A stretch of 64,000 nt of DNA from Candidatus Iainarchaeum sp. (GCA_018304465.1 JAGVWC010000011.1:1-64000); one strand, 5' to 3'; shown: positions 27,622 to 38,149, counted from the stretch's first letter. The notes: generated from the letters alone by a model not told the origin. A program made the numbers and translations.

Positions 27622-28722
27622 TCACTTGAACCAAGTCAACGAGTTCAAAACCGCTTTTAAGCGAACGGACCGAACCGAAATCGCCGAGTCGCCGGCCCCT
27701 GCGAAAACGAATAATTCTTTTTTGGTCTTATCTTTCCACACTGTGTCCGTTGGAAACACCACGTTATCCACAAACCCGACTTTTTCTTCCGGCAACTCCG
27801 GTGCAAACAATGGTTCCGTTTTCGGAGTGCGCGCAAGAATGACTTCCGGGTTTTCCTTGTCGAACACCACGGCTCCGGCGCAATACCTTTTTCCTTTGCT
27901 GTCATCATTCGGATCCATGTACGAAACCCCGTGATACAAATCCAGAAAACCATCCTCGATTTCCACGGGCGGGGTTCCGGCTCCGATCCGAAGCGAATCC
28001 CATGCTTCAAACCGGGGCTGCATCAACGGCTTGTCGAACCCCCAATACTGAAGATCCTTCGAATACGAAATCCAAATCGACGGGCGATTAAAATTCATGG
28101 TTCCTTCGGGCCGGTGCAACGCGACGAAACGACCGTTGACTTTTCGCGGAAACAACACGACGTCTTTATTCTGCTGGGAAAACGTGATTCCAAAGCGCGT
28201 CCAGCGCTTCAAGTCTTTTGACGTGGCCATGCTGGTCGAAACACCGGCGTGATCCGAAACACTCACGTACGTCATGGCATGAAGATTCAGCTCCTCAAAA
28301 AAAGTGGTGCGCGGATCTTCGACTCCAAAATCGCATTCGCCTTTGATTCCGAAAAAATCCGGTTTTTGGTTCAAATGAATGACTTTTTCCGCGTTTTCAT
28401 CGAGATAAATGCGTCTAAAATGCGAAATGGTCGGCAGGCGAATCAATCCTTCCTTGGTGACAAACGCTTCGCTTGACACCTGGCCTTTGGTTCGCGGAAT
28501 TTTTTCCATTCGAAAACTATACGACTTGCTGCCCATCATGCGCGGAGAAAGAAAATATCGTTCTCCGTGATACGGCGTTTCCGCAACGCGCGCGTACAGC
28601 AAAATATGCCCGTCTTTTAGGCGATCCGCGGACGGATTGAGCACGCCGCGAATACGAAGCTTCGGCGAACTCGAAATCAAACTCGTCGGCCGAACAATGA
28701 TGCGCGGATCGGTCTTTAACAC
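27622..28722 (-). CDS. GH130 family glycoside phosphorylase/hydrolase
   Basis: GVLNP, GVEDPR, NKDVVLFP, LHRP, IGAGTPP, YHGV, NVVFP. Confidence 0.9.
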   Translation of the reverse strand: MLKTDPRIIVRPTSLISSSPKLRIRGVLNPSADRLKDGHILLYARVAETPYHGERYFLSPRMMGSKSYSFRMEKIPRTKGQVSSEAFVTKEGLIRLPTISHFRRIYLDENAEKVIHLNQKPDFFGIKGECDFGVEDPRTTFFEELNLHAMTYVSVSDHAGVSTSMATSKDLKRWTRFGITFSQQNKDVVLFPRKVNGRFVALHRPEGTMNFNRPSIWISYSKDLQYWGFDKPLMQPRFEAWDSLRIGAGTPPVEIEDGFLDLYHGVSYMDPNDDSKGKRYCAGAVVFDKENPEVILARTPKTEPLFAPELPEEKVGFVDNVVFPTDTVWKDKTKKELFVFAGAGDSAISVRSVRLKAVLNSLTWFK

Positions 28723-28830
28723 GGTTAAACCACCTAAGAATAATATTTGGAGGCTATTTATTCGTTTCGTTTCGGTTTTTGGACGATCATAACTGCTTTA
28801 AAAAAATTTTCAATCCCAATTCGTGTAATC

Positions 28831-29487
28831 ATGAAAAAAGTCGACTTTGATTCCGTTCATCGGATTTTGGAAAACGAAGTAAAACATTACGACGTGCCGA
28901 TTGTGGATCTGATCAAAATCCAGACGCAAGACCCGTTCAAAGTCCTCGTTACCACGATTCTTTCCGCGCGCACCAATGACCGCACCACGGCCGCGGCTTC
29001 CAAACGCCTTTTTGAAAAAGCATTTGACCTCCAAAGTCTTGAAAAATTAACCGTGCGCGAAATCGAACGACTCATTTTTCCCGTCGGGTTCTACAAAAAC
29101 AAAGCGCGATACCTTACGCAGCTTCCGTTGGTTTTGCGCGAAAAATTCGGGGGAAAAATCCCGCAAACCATCGAAGAACTGGTGCAATTGCCCGGCGTCG
29201 GACGCAAAACCGCGAATCTCGTAGTCGTAATCGCGTTCGAAAAACCCGGCGTATGCGTTGACATTCACGTGCACCGCATCATGAACCGGCTCGGGTACGT
29301 GAAAACAAAAACCCCGTTTAAAACCGAAATGGCGTTGCGCAAAAAACTACCTGAAAAATATTGGATTTCGTTCAATTCGATTCTTGTGGCCTTCGGACAA
29401 AATCTGTGCCGCCCCCAATCCCCTTTTTGCAGCAAATGCCCTGTTTTTCACTATTGCAATCGGGTGGGGGTGGTGCAATCCCGATGA
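28831..29487 (+). CDS. nth: Endonuclease III
   Basis: HhH motif LPGVGRKTANLV, VDIHVHRI, and 4Fe-4S motif CRPQSPFCSKCPVFHYC. Confidence 0.95.
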   Translation: MKKVDFDSVHRILENEVKHYDVPIVDLIKIQTQDPFKVLVTTILSARTNDRTTAAASKRLFEKAFDLQSLEKLTVREIERLIFPVGFYKNKARYLTQLPLVLREKFGGKIPQTIEELVQLPGVGRKTANLVVVIAFEKPGVCVDIHVHRIMNRLGYVKTKTPFKTEMALRKKLPEKYWISFNSILVAFGQNLCRPQSPFCSKCPVFHYCNRVGVVQSR

Positions 29488-30128
29488 ACGCCTTCGATCT
29501 TGCGTCCAAAGTCGCGGATCTACGAAATTCTCCCGTTCACGACCGGCTTCAAAAACGACTCGCGTCTTTTCGGGGGTTTTCGAAAAAAAAAGATTCCGAA
29601 TGGTTTTCCGAATTGTGTTTTTGCATTCTTGCGGCCAACGCCAAGGGAAAAATCGCGTTTGACATCCAGCAAGAACTGGGCTGCGCGGGTCTCCTTGAAA
29701 AAAAACAAAGCGAAATCCGGCGCTGCATCCAGCGGCATCGCCACCGGTTTCACAACAACAAAAGCCGGTTCATTGTGGAAGCCCGCGAATATGCAAAAAT
29801 CAAGCAACAGGTGGTTCCAATCATTGAATCCAACGGAACAATGGTTGCGCGAAAATGGCTCGTGGATCACATTCCGGGTTTCGGATACAAGGAAGCGTCG
29901 CATTTTTTACGAAACGTCGGTTTTTTCGATCTTGCGATTTTGGACCGGCACATTTTGAACCTGATGCACGAACACGGATTGCTATTCGAGCGCCCCGCTT
30001 CTTTAACGCCGAAAAAATACCTCAAAATCGAAGCAAAATTTTTCGAACTGGCCAAAAAAACGAACCTGGCTCCCGGCGAACTCGACATGTACTTGTGGCA
30101 CATGAAAACCGGGCAAGTTCTCAAGTAA
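29484..30128 (+). CDS. ogg: 8-oxoguanine DNA glycosylase/AP lyase, archaeal Ogg2 type
   Basis: FSELCFCIL, HRFHNNK, GFGYKEASHFLRNVG, AILDRH, C-terminal W.MKTG.VLK. Confidence 0.92.
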   Translation: MNAFDLASKVADLRNSPVHDRLQKRLASFRGFSKKKDSEWFSELCFCILAANAKGKIAFDIQQELGCAGLLEKKQSEIRRCIQRHRHRFHNNKSRFIVEAREYAKIKQQVVPIIESNGTMVARKWLVDHIPGFGYKEASHFLRNVGFFDLAILDRHILNLMHEHGLLFERPASLTPKKYLKIEAKFFELAKKTNLAPGELDMYLWHMKTGQVLK

Positions 30129-30167
30129 TTCTCTTCGGTTTAAAACCTCTTCGAGACTATTTTTTTC

Positions 30168-30713
30168 ATGGCAGCGAAAAAAAATTCCGAAACCGAATTA
30201 ACCGTTGGACAAAAAGCCCCCGTTTTTTCTCTTCCCGACCAAAACGGAAAAAAAATGCGTTTAAGCGAATACAACGGAAAATGGCTCGTGATTTATTTTT
30301 ATCCCAAAGACAACACGCCGGGCTGTACACTTGAAGCCATTGATTTTACCAAAGAAGCCCCAAAATTCAAAAAAGCCGGAATCGAAATCGTTGGAATCAG
30401 TCCGGATTCCGGCGAGAGCCATTGCCGGTTCATCGAAAAACAACGCCTGGATTTGACCCTGTTAACGGACGCCGATCATGCAGTGGCCCAAAAATTCGGG
30501 GTTTGGCGATTGAAAAAATTATACGGGCGCGCATACGAAGGAATTTATCGCAGCACGTTTTTGGTCGATCCCAAAGGAAAAATTGCGTTTGTCTGGTACG
30601 GCGTACAAGTCATCGGACATGCGAACCAAGTCCTTGAAAAAGCCAAAGAAACCCAAAAAAAAACCCTAAAAAACGTTTTTTTGGCCAAAAACGATTTCGT
30701 CGAACCAAAATGA
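30168..30713 (+). CDS. bcp: Peroxiredoxin, BCP/PrxQ
   Basis: YFYPKDNTPGCTLEA, RSTFLVD. Confidence 0.93.
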   Translation: MAAKKNSETELTVGQKAPVFSLPDQNGKKMRLSEYNGKWLVIYFYPKDNTPGCTLEAIDFTKEAPKFKKAGIEIVGISPDSGESHCRFIEKQRLDLTLLTDADHAVAQKFGVWRLKKLYGRAYEGIYRSTFLVDPKGKIAFVWYGVQVIGHANQVLEKAKETQKKTLKNVFLAKNDFVEPK

Positions 30714-30773
30714 ATAAAAACAATTCAAACCAAATGTTATACTATAAGCAGTTTATAAGAGGTAATTGCGTTC

Positions 30774-32303
30774 ATGAAAATTTTGATGTTAAATCCGCCG
30801 TTTTTCACGAAATTCAGCCGATCCTCGCGATCACCCGCGATTTCCAAAGGCGGATGCGTCTATTATCCGTTATGGCTCGGAGCCGCGACCGGTTGGCTTG
30901 AAAAAAAAGGCCACGAAGTCAAATTATTGGATTGCCCGGCCCGCGGAACCACGCTGGATGAAGTCTTGGCGTCGGTCAACGACTGGAAACCAGACTTGAT
31001 TGCAGTGGACACGGTAACCGCGTCGTATACGCGCGACCAAGACACCTTAAAAGCACTAAAACAAGCCTTGCCGAACAGTTTTTTGGTCATGGTGGGAACG
31101 CATTGCTCCGCATTGCCCGAAGAAACCCTTCTGGAAAACAAAGGGCATCTGGACGCGATTTGCCGCGGCGAATACGATTTTATTTTGGAAGAACTCGCGG
31201 CCGCGCTGGAAAAAACCCATCAACCAGACCTCGAATCGATTAAAGGATTATCGTTTCTCAAAGGCGACGAAGTCGTGCACGCGCCCAGCCGCGATCTTAT
31301 CACCGGCGCCGAACTCGACGAATTTCCGTTCATGGCCGAAGTATACAAAAAACACCTGCATATCCCGGATTACTTTTATCCCAGCGTCTTGTATCCCGAA
31401 GTCACGATCGTGACGGGACGCGGATGCCCGTTTTACTGCACGTTCTGTATCCTGCCGCAAGTCATGAACGGACACAAATACCGCGCGCGTTCACCCGAAC
31501 ACGTGGTCGCCGAAATGAAATGGATCAAAGAAAACATGCCGGACGTCAAAGACATCATGGTGGAAGACGACACGTTTACCGCGGACCGCGATCGCATCCG
31601 AAAAGTCTGCCAGACGATCATCGAACAAAAACTTGATATTACCTGGACCTGCAACGCGCGCGCCGATGTCGACTACGAAACCCTAAAACTCATGAAAGAC
31701 GCGGGTTGCCGCCTCATGTGCGTCGGATTCGAATCCGCGGACCAAGGCGTGTTGAACAACATCAAAAAAGGAACCGTCGTTCCAAAAATCCGGCAATTCA
31801 TGAAAGACGCGAAAAAAGCCGATATCCAGGTACACGGTTGTTTCATGATGGGTAACCGCGGCGAAACCAAGGAAACCATTCAAAAAACCGTGAACATGGC
31901 GATCGAACTAGATCCCGACACCGTGCAGTTTTTTCCGATCATGGTGTACCCGGGTACCGAAGCGTTCCGATACGCCGAAGAACAAGGGCACTTGACCACC
32001 AAAGACTGGAACCACTGGTTATTGGGAGACGGAACCCACAACTCCGTGATTTCGACTCCTGCATTGTCTTCCGATGAACTCGTGCGCGAATGCGACAAAG
32101 CCCGCATCCGTTTTTACTCGCGACCCAAATTCATTTTTTCAAAATTCGTCCAGATGTTCACGAGTCCCCGCGATATTCCGCGTTTGATCAAAAGCGGATG
32201 GATTTTTTCCAAATATTACGTGCAAGAACTGCGTGCGACTTGGAAAGACCTCGTCACGAAAAAAGACGCGTCCACCGGGCAAAAACAGCCTGTTAGCGGG
32301 TAA
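30774..32303 (+). CDS. B12-binding radical SAM protein (HpnJ-like)
   Basis: N-terminal cobalamin-binding domain (YYPLWL), GRGCPFYCTFC, EDDTFT, VGFESA. Confidence 0.88.
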   Translation: MKILMLNPPFFTKFSRSSRSPAISKGGCVYYPLWLGAATGWLEKKGHEVKLLDCPARGTTLDEVLASVNDWKPDLIAVDTVTASYTRDQDTLKALKQALPNSFLVMVGTHCSALPEETLLENKGHLDAICRGEYDFILEELAAALEKTHQPDLESIKGLSFLKGDEVVHAPSRDLITGAELDEFPFMAEVYKKHLHIPDYFYPSVLYPEVTIVTGRGCPFYCTFCILPQVMNGHKYRARSPEHVVAEMKWIKENMPDVKDIMVEDDTFTADRDRIRKVCQTIIEQKLDITWTCNARADVDYETLKLMKDAGCRLMCVGFESADQGVLNNIKKGTVVPKIRQFMKDAKKADIQVHGCFMMGNRGETKETIQKTVNMAIELDPDTVQFFPIMVYPGTEAFRYAEEQGHLTTKDWNHWLLGDGTHNSVISTPALSSDELVRECDKARIRFYSRPKFIFSKFVQMFTSPRDIPRLIKSGWIFSKYYVQELRATWKDLVTKKDASTGQKQPVSG

Positions 32304-32307
32304 TGAT

Positions 32308-33012
32308 TTATCGTCCGCCAAAATAAATGCTTTTAATCCGCGGATCCGACAAAATTTCTTTTCCCGCTTTTAAAGCGATTTTTCCGTCTTCCAAAACATA
32401 CGTTGAACTAGCAATTGAAACCGCTTGCTTGGCATTCTGCTCCACAATCATGACGCCGATGCCTTCCTGATTGATTTCAACGATTTTCTGAAAAATTTCT
32501 TTCATGGTTTTAGGAGCCAATCCAAGCGACGGCTCGTCCAACAACAACAACTGCGGGTTTTGCATCAAGGCGCGGCCAATGGCCAGCATCTGCTGTTGTC
32601 CCCCGCTTAAAGCAAACGCATACTCGTTTTGTTTTTGCTTTAACATCGGAAATTTACCGAATACCTCCGACAAATTCCGCTCCGCCACGTCCCGATCGGC
32701 CAATACGAACGCGCCCATTTCCAGGTTTTCACGAACAGACAAATCCGAAAACAGGATCCGACCCTGCGGAACAAAACAAATTCCTTCTTCGATTAATTCA
32801 TGCGTGGCCAGATGCGTGATGTCCCGGTCCTTCCAAAAGATTTTTCCCTCCGTGACATCGCACTGTGAAAACACCGCTTTTAGCACCGTGGATTTACCCG
32901 CGCCATTCGGACCGATCAACGCGACGATTTCGTCCGGCGCAACCGAAATATCCACGCCATGCAAGACCTCCTGGTCCCCATACCCCGCACACAAATTCGA
33001 AATCGAAAGCAT
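32308..33012 (-). CDS. livF: Liv-type ABC transporter ATPase, LivF-like
   Basis: GPNGAGKST, LSGGQQQMLAIGRAL, LDEPSLGLAP. Confidence 0.92.
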   Translation of the reverse strand: MLSISNLCAGYGDQEVLHGVDISVAPDEIVALIGPNGAGKSTVLKAVFSQCDVTEGKIFWKDRDITHLATHELIEEGICFVPQGRILFSDLSVRENLEMGAFVLADRDVAERNLSEVFGKFPMLKQKQNEYAFALSGGQQQMLAIGRALMQNPQLLLLDEPSLGLAPKTMKEIFQKIVEINQEGIGVMIVEQNAKQAVSIASSTYVLEDGKIALKAGKEILSDPRIKSIYFGGR

Positions 33013-33018
33013 CGTTTT

Positions 33019-34158
33019 TCATTGCTCCGAGTACAGTATAAATTCTCCGTTTTTAACGGTTTTGAGTGCCAAATCCACCTGTCGGTCGCCGAATTCATCA
33101 AACGAAATCGTTCCTGTTAGGCCCGGGTAATCCGCCGTTTGGAATAATTCGTTTTTCACACAGTTTGTGTCAATGGGATTTTCGCATTCAGACAATGCAA
33201 CGCTCAGCACGTTCAAGGCATCAAACGCAAACGTTCCGAAATACTCCGCATCAACGCCAAAGCGGTTTTGATACGATTCATTATACGCAACCGCCGCGCT
33301 GTTTTTTCTTGGATCAAACACGGGGGCCAGATAAACGATCGTGTTTTGAAACGCTCTCGCGGACTCCAAAAAATCGCTTCCTTCCACCGAGTACACATGT
33401 GAAAAAATCGGGTTAAAATAACCCATTTCGTTCATCTGTCGCACCACCAATCCCGATTCTTTGAGATGGCCGATAAGAAAAACGTAATGATCCTTGTCCC
33501 GCACTGCTTTTTGAATTACGGTTCGAAAATCAAAACCGTCTTGTTCGAACGATTCCATGCCCGCGATCGTTCCGCCGGCGGATTCATAGGCGTCCTTGAA
33601 TGCGTTAAAAATAGAAATTCCTTGATCATTATTAATATACAACACGTTTACTTCGTTTTGTTCATGATTCACAAACCAATTCGCGGTATCGACCCCAAAT
33701 TGTTCCGCTTTGGGAGCCGTGCGAAACGTGAAATCGTTTTTCGACCGATACGCACTCGTGGTCGCTGAAAAATCCATCTGAATCACGCCGTCCCAATTGG
33801 CGAGCGGCGATATCGCCACGGCCGGAGAACTTCCCATTGTTATGACATACGAAACGTTGTCTAACCTTCGAAGTTTGTTGTAGGCGTTCACGCTTTCTTG
33901 AGCATTGAATTTTCCGTCCTCAAAGATCAGTTTGATCGGACGTCCATTGATGCCACCTTTGCCGTTGATTTCGTCTTTTGCGATTTCAAGCGCGTTTTTA
34001 CCCCATTCTCCGTACACCGCGCCGTTTCCAGACAACGGAAGGATCACTCCAACCTTGATCGGTCCTTTCGAAACTGTTTCCGATTCGAATTGAAGACAAC
34101 CAAACAGCAGGAAAACCAGGAGTACCAGACCTAGTCCGACGGGGTTCCTCAAAAGCAC
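33019..34158 (-). CDS. Leu/Ile/Val-type ABC substrate-binding protein 1 (lipoprotein)
   Basis: LFGC lipobox; IKVGVILPLSG, EINGKGGING, GLTGTISFDEFGD. Confidence 0.9.
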   Translation of the reverse strand: MLLRNPVGLGLVLLVFLLFGCLQFESETVSKGPIKVGVILPLSGNGAVYGEWGKNALEIAKDEINGKGGINGRPIKLIFEDGKFNAQESVNAYNKLRRLDNVSYVITMGSSPAVAISPLANWDGVIQMDFSATTSAYRSKNDFTFRTAPKAEQFGVDTANWFVNHEQNEVNVLYINNDQGISIFNAFKDAYESAGGTIAGMESFEQDGFDFRTVIQKAVRDKDHYVFLIGHLKESGLVVRQMNEMGYFNPIFSHVYSVEGSDFLESARAFQNTIVYLAPVFDPRKNSAAVAYNESYQNRFGVDAEYFGTFAFDALNVLSVALSECENPIDTNCVKNELFQTADYPGLTGTISFDEFGDRQVDLALKTVKNGEFILYSEQ

Positions 34159-34161
34159 CGT

Positions 34162-34899
34162 TTATTCCCCCAAGTACGCTTCCAACACCATTGGATTTTT
34201 CCGGATTTCCTTAGGCGAGCCCTCCGCGATCACGCGGCCGTCATCCATTACAATCACTCGATCCGAAACCGACAAGGTGAAATTCATGTCATGCTCGATC
34301 AACAACACGGTTTCGCCTTTTTTCCGCAGTTCCACCAGCAACTCCGCGATTTCACTTCGGATCTTCGGATTCACTCCCGCCACGGGCTCGTCTAACATCA
34401 GCAACTTGTGCGGCGAAAGCATCGTGCGGCTTAATTCCACCAAGCGTTTTTGCCCAAAACTCAATTCGCCCGCGGATTTGTTTTCAATTCCTTTCAACCC
34501 AACCAACGCCAGCGAATCAGAAACCGGTTTCTCCAACGCCAACAAAGCGCTGCCGCGCCCGACCATGTTCGAAACGAACCCAGTGTCATTTGAGTCCAGA
34601 CCCAGCAACAAGTTTTCCCGAACAGACAAGTTCTTGAATAAAGACGATTTCTGGAACAACCGCGCGATTCCTTTTTTCGAAACGGCTTCCGGCAAAAACC
34701 CGGTGATATCCGCTCCGTCAAAAACGATTTTGCCGGCGTCGGGTGAAAGCACGCCGGACACCAGGTTAAAAACCGTGGACTTTCCAGCGCCATTGGGGCC
34801 GATCAACGCGGTGATCTTGTTCGGTTCCACCGAAAAACTGCACTCGGAAACGGCTTTCACACCGCCGAAACGCTTGGATAATCCTTGCACTGAAAGCAT
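34162..34899 (-). CDS. livG: Liv-type ABC transporter ATPase, LivG-like
   Basis: KRFGGVKAV, GPNGAGKST, LSFGQKR, LDEPVAG, IEHDM, EAYLG. Confidence 0.92.
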   Translation of the reverse strand: MLSVQGLSKRFGGVKAVSECSFSVEPNKITALIGPNGAGKSTVFNLVSGVLSPDAGKIVFDGADITGFLPEAVSKKGIARLFQKSSLFKNLSVRENLLLGLDSNDTGFVSNMVGRGSALLALEKPVSDSLALVGLKGIENKSAGELSFGQKRLVELSRTMLSPHKLLMLDEPVAGVNPKIRSEIAELLVELRKKGETVLLIEHDMNFTLSVSDRVIVMDDGRVIAEGSPKEIRKNPMVLEAYLGE

Positions 34900-34945
34900 G
34901 AAAAATATACATCAAAAACAGAATAAAAGGGTTTTGCGGACGGAC

Positions 34946-36106
34946 CTATTCGTCGAATCGGACGAATTTCCCGTTTTTAACGGTTTTCATTACGATTGGA
35001 ACATCCGGATCCCCATTCGCGTCAAAAGTGATCGGTCCAACGACTCCTTCTCCCTTCGTATTATAGATTTCTTTTTTGATGCAATCCGAATTCGAATCAC
35101 ATTTCTTGAGCGCATTTGCAATAATATGGGTCGCATCATACGCCAGCGGAGCAAACCCACCCGTTGGAACTCCGTATGTTTCCCAGTAGTTTTGTTCATA
35201 GGTTTGCGCTTTTGAATTTTGGTTTCCTGAAATGAAATGATAGGCATACAAAACGCCTTCCGCCTCGTTTCCAAGTGCCGAAATCGTTGACTGGCTTTCA
35301 AACGGCGGCCCCGCGAGAATGGTCGCGTTCAAATCCAGTTCGCGCATCTGCTTGATCACAGCAATGGTTTCTTGATACCCTGCGATAAATACGACTTCGG
35401 GCTTGACCGCCTTTATTTTCGACAATTGCGTTTTGAAATCCGAGTCCCCTTGAGCAAAGGATTCTATTGCGATCACCGATGCCCCTGAGCCAGCCCAATC
35501 GGCAACAAAAGCGTCACTTAACGATTTTCCGAATTCGTTGTTGACGAAGATCACTGCTGCGGAGGAAAAGTTCCGGTCCCGAAGAAACGAAACGGATTTT
35601 TGGGTGTAAAAAACCGCGGAGGGCTGGATGCGAAAAATATAATCGCCTGCGTTTGAGATCGACGGAGCGATCGCGATCGCCATCACAACCGTTTTGTTTT
35701 TCTCCGCAATTGGTGCGGTCGCGACTACAACACCGGAGGCCCACGAGCCAATCACAACCGGAACACGATCCACTTGCGTCAATTTTTGCATGGCACTCGT
35801 TCCGATCGCCGCATCCGCCTGGTCATCCTCGAAAATAACCGTTAACCGTTTACCATTGATCCCGCCATCGGAGTTGATTTCACTCTTGGCCAATTCAATC
35901 GCGTTCTTGATTTCGATCCCATAAACCGCATTTTTGCCGGACAGAGGCAACAACGCTCCGATTTGGATTGTGTCACCACCCGGCGAAAAGGTCAAAAAAC
36001 CCGTTAGGTCAGGCCATAGGCCCAAAACGACTAACGCTACCGCCAGTAACACCAATGTCGCCACGAGCGAACGAGAAACCAAAAAAATCCCCCTTGAGCG
36101 AATCAA
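34946..36106 (-). CDS. Liv-type ABC substrate-binding protein 2
   Basis: N-terminal transmembrane anchor; IGALLPLSG, FEDDQAD, AYDA, FDANGD. Start codon uncertain. Confidence 0.88.
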   Translation of the reverse strand: MIRSRGIFLVSRSLVATLVLLAVALVVLGLWPDLTGFLTFSPGGDTIQIGALLPLSGKNAVYGIEIKNAIELAKSEINSDGGINGKRLTVIFEDDQADAAIGTSAMQKLTQVDRVPVVIGSWASGVVVATAPIAEKNKTVVMAIAIAPSISNAGDYIFRIQPSAVFYTQKSVSFLRDRNFSSAAVIFVNNEFGKSLSDAFVADWAGSGASVIAIESFAQGDSDFKTQLSKIKAVKPEVVFIAGYQETIAVIKQMRELDLNATILAGPPFESQSTISALGNEAEGVLYAYHFISGNQNSKAQTYEQNYWETYGVPTGGFAPLAYDATHIIANALKKCDSNSDCIKKEIYNTKGEGVVGPITFDANGDPDVPIVMKTVKNGKFVRFDE

Positions 36107-36147
36107 AATCGCCTATACATACCGGTGATAGTCTTATATTTATCAAA

Positions 36148-36171
36148 TTGTAGTCTTATTTAAGATGACAA
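36148..36171. promoter_or_regulatory. Candidate TrmB operator, TTGT-N16-ACAA
   Basis: TTGTAGTCTTATTTAAGATGACAA in the divergent binding-protein/TrmB promoter. Confidence 0.45.
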
Positions 36172-36911
36172 AAATGAACGAATTAGAAGTGCTGATCGAA
36201 CTCGGGTTGTCTCCCGTTGAAGCGCGGGTATATTTGACGCTCTTACAGACCGGCTCGACGCGGGTGGGCGCCGTGATCCGAAAAACGGGCTTTCACCGTG
36301 GCACCACTTACCAAGTACTGCACCGATTGGCCGAAAAAGGCCTAGTGTCCTCGGTAGTGAAAGGAAAAAAACAGTTCTTTGAAGCCGCAAATCCGGATCG
36401 ATTAGGCGATATGCTCAAGGAAAAAGAAGCCCAACTGGACGAAATCTTACCGGGACTCAAAGCAAAAGCGGGAGTCGCCGGCGAAAAACAAGAAGTCGCC
36501 GTCTATTACGGAACCGCGGGCATCAAAAGCGTCTTGGACAAAATGCTTTTTGAACTTGGACAAGGCGGAAAATACTGCGACTTTGGGGTGTCAGGGCTGT
36601 TTAAAAAAATGCTTCCCGCGTACTGGTCGCTTTGGCAAAAGCGTAAAAAACGCTTGCATATCTCATCAAACGTGATTTTTAACGAAGACGTCCGGTTTGA
36701 ACATCCCGGACTACTGGCAGAATATGTCGGGAAGCGGCGGTTTCACCCCAAGGAGTTCGCAAGCCTCACCGATACCATGATTTACCGCGACACAGTGATC
36801 CTGTTCATCTGGACCGCATTACCCCCAATTGCGATCATCATCAAGAACAAGGAAAACGCCAAAAGCTACCAAAACCAATTCGAACTTATGTGGAAAAACG
36901 CAAAGCGCTAA
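36165..36911 (+). CDS. TrmB-family transcriptional regulator 1
   Basis: LGLSPVEARVYLTLL...HRGTTYQVLHRLAEKGLV; C-terminal sensor domain ending FELMW. Confidence 0.9.
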   Translation: MTKMNELEVLIELGLSPVEARVYLTLLQTGSTRVGAVIRKTGFHRGTTYQVLHRLAEKGLVSSVVKGKKQFFEAANPDRLGDMLKEKEAQLDEILPGLKAKAGVAGEKQEVAVYYGTAGIKSVLDKMLFELGQGGKYCDFGVSGLFKKMLPAYWSLWQKRKKRLHISSNVIFNEDVRFEHPGLLAEYVGKRRFHPKEFASLTDTMIYRDTVILFIWTALPPIAIIIKNKENAKSYQNQFELMWKNAKR

Positions 36912-36917
36912 ACCGCT

Positions 36918-38069
36918 TTAGTTTCCTTCATACAAAACGAATTTCCCGTTTCGCACGGTTTTCAGCACATACGGGATATGAACATCCCCGTTGTCGTCGA
37001 AATCGACTGCCCCCAAAACGCCTTCGAACCCGCTCAACCGATCCAGTTTCCCCTTAACGCAAGCACCGGAATCCGATTCGTTCGCATCGCATTTTCGAAG
37101 AACGGTGGCGGCCACCCACAACGCGTCATAGGCCCGGGCGATGTTGGTTTCGGGTTCTTTTCCAAGCAATCGCTTCACTTTTTCAACGAAATCCAATCCT
37201 TTCGGAGTCGATAAACCTGCCTTGAAAAAACGGATTCCTTCCGCGTCTCTTCCCGCATTTTTAAGGAACTCTGCGTTTTCAATTGGTTCGGCGGCAAAAA
37301 CCGGAAGAAGAATCCCAAACTCCGTCCGCTGCTTGAGAATCAATTCGGCGTCCGGTGCATAAGAAATCAAAAGCAACGCTTCTGAATCCGCCTGAACTAC
37401 TTTGCTTAATTCTGACCGAAAATCCCGCTGTTCGGGGGCATAGGTTTCTTGGATCAAAATAATTCCACCCCGTTCCAAAAACCGTTTTCGAAAGGCTGGA
37501 AAATAACCCAAACCATAATCATTGTTAATTTGTAACACTGCGACGGAATCCACTCCGATGGAAACCAAATAATCCGCCATTTCGGCGCCTTCGAACGCAT
37601 TCGAGGAAACGATCCGATACGAATAATCATCGGGACTCGAATATGATGCCGTCGAACAATCAGTCGCCAACAAGACGGTTTGATCCGCATCGGCAGAAGC
37701 GGACAATGCCATGCAAATGTTGCTTAACCCCGAGATCACCAATGGAGCGTTCGATTCAAGCCGGATTTTTTGCCACGCGCTTAACGCCTGTTTGGGATCC
37801 GCGGCGCTGTCTTCAAAATCTACGCCCAACGGTTTTCCATTGATACCGCCGCCGGCGTTGATCTCAGACAACGCCAGTTCCAATCCCTGACGCTCCAGTT
37901 CCCCGTACCGGGCGTTTTTCCCCGACAACGGCAAGATCGCTCCGACGTGAACTGAGGCATCGGCGTCCGAATCAAGCCCCCAAAAACCGGCCAATCCCGG
38001 ACCCACGGCCGCCGCCAGCACAATCACAACCGCGATGAGAATTCCTAACAGAACCCATTTAGCATCCAA
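36918..38069 (-). CDS. Liv-type ABC substrate-binding protein 3
   Basis: Transmembrane anchor; VGAILPLSG, EINAGGGING, AYDA, FDDNGD. Confidence 0.9.
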   Translation of the reverse strand: MDAKWVLLGILIAVVIVLAAAVGPGLAGFWGLDSDADASVHVGAILPLSGKNARYGELERQGLELALSEINAGGGINGKPLGVDFEDSAADPKQALSAWQKIRLESNAPLVISGLSNICMALSASADADQTVLLATDCSTASYSSPDDYSYRIVSSNAFEGAEMADYLVSIGVDSVAVLQINNDYGLGYFPAFRKRFLERGGIILIQETYAPEQRDFRSELSKVVQADSEALLLISYAPDAELILKQRTEFGILLPVFAAEPIENAEFLKNAGRDAEGIRFFKAGLSTPKGLDFVEKVKRLLGKEPETNIARAYDALWVAATVLRKCDANESDSGACVKGKLDRLSGFEGVLGAVDFDDNGDVHIPYVLKTVRNGKFVLYEGN

Positions 38070-38125
38070 CCAAAGCCCCCGAGCAGGTGTTCATAAACAT
38101 TGGGCCAAGGGACCTACAAATAATT

Positions 38126-38149
38126 TTGTTGCGTGAAAGCTCACAACAA
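38126..38149. promoter_or_regulatory. Candidate TrmB operator, TTGTTG-N12-CAACAA
   Basis: TTGTTGCGTGAAAGCTCACAACAA immediately upstream of TATA-like TTTAAAT. Confidence 0.55.

Noticed and set aside
30774-32303. Hopanoid biosynthesis inferred from the HpnJ-like radical SAM gene
   Set aside because: No squalene-hopene cyclase or other hpn genes are in the window, and the family is broad.
34277-35215. Long plus-strand ORFs antisense to ABC and glycosyltransferase genes (also 40849..41907, 25856..26692, 43842..44540)
   Set aside because: Shadow frames of well-supported minus-strand genes, with no motifs of their own.
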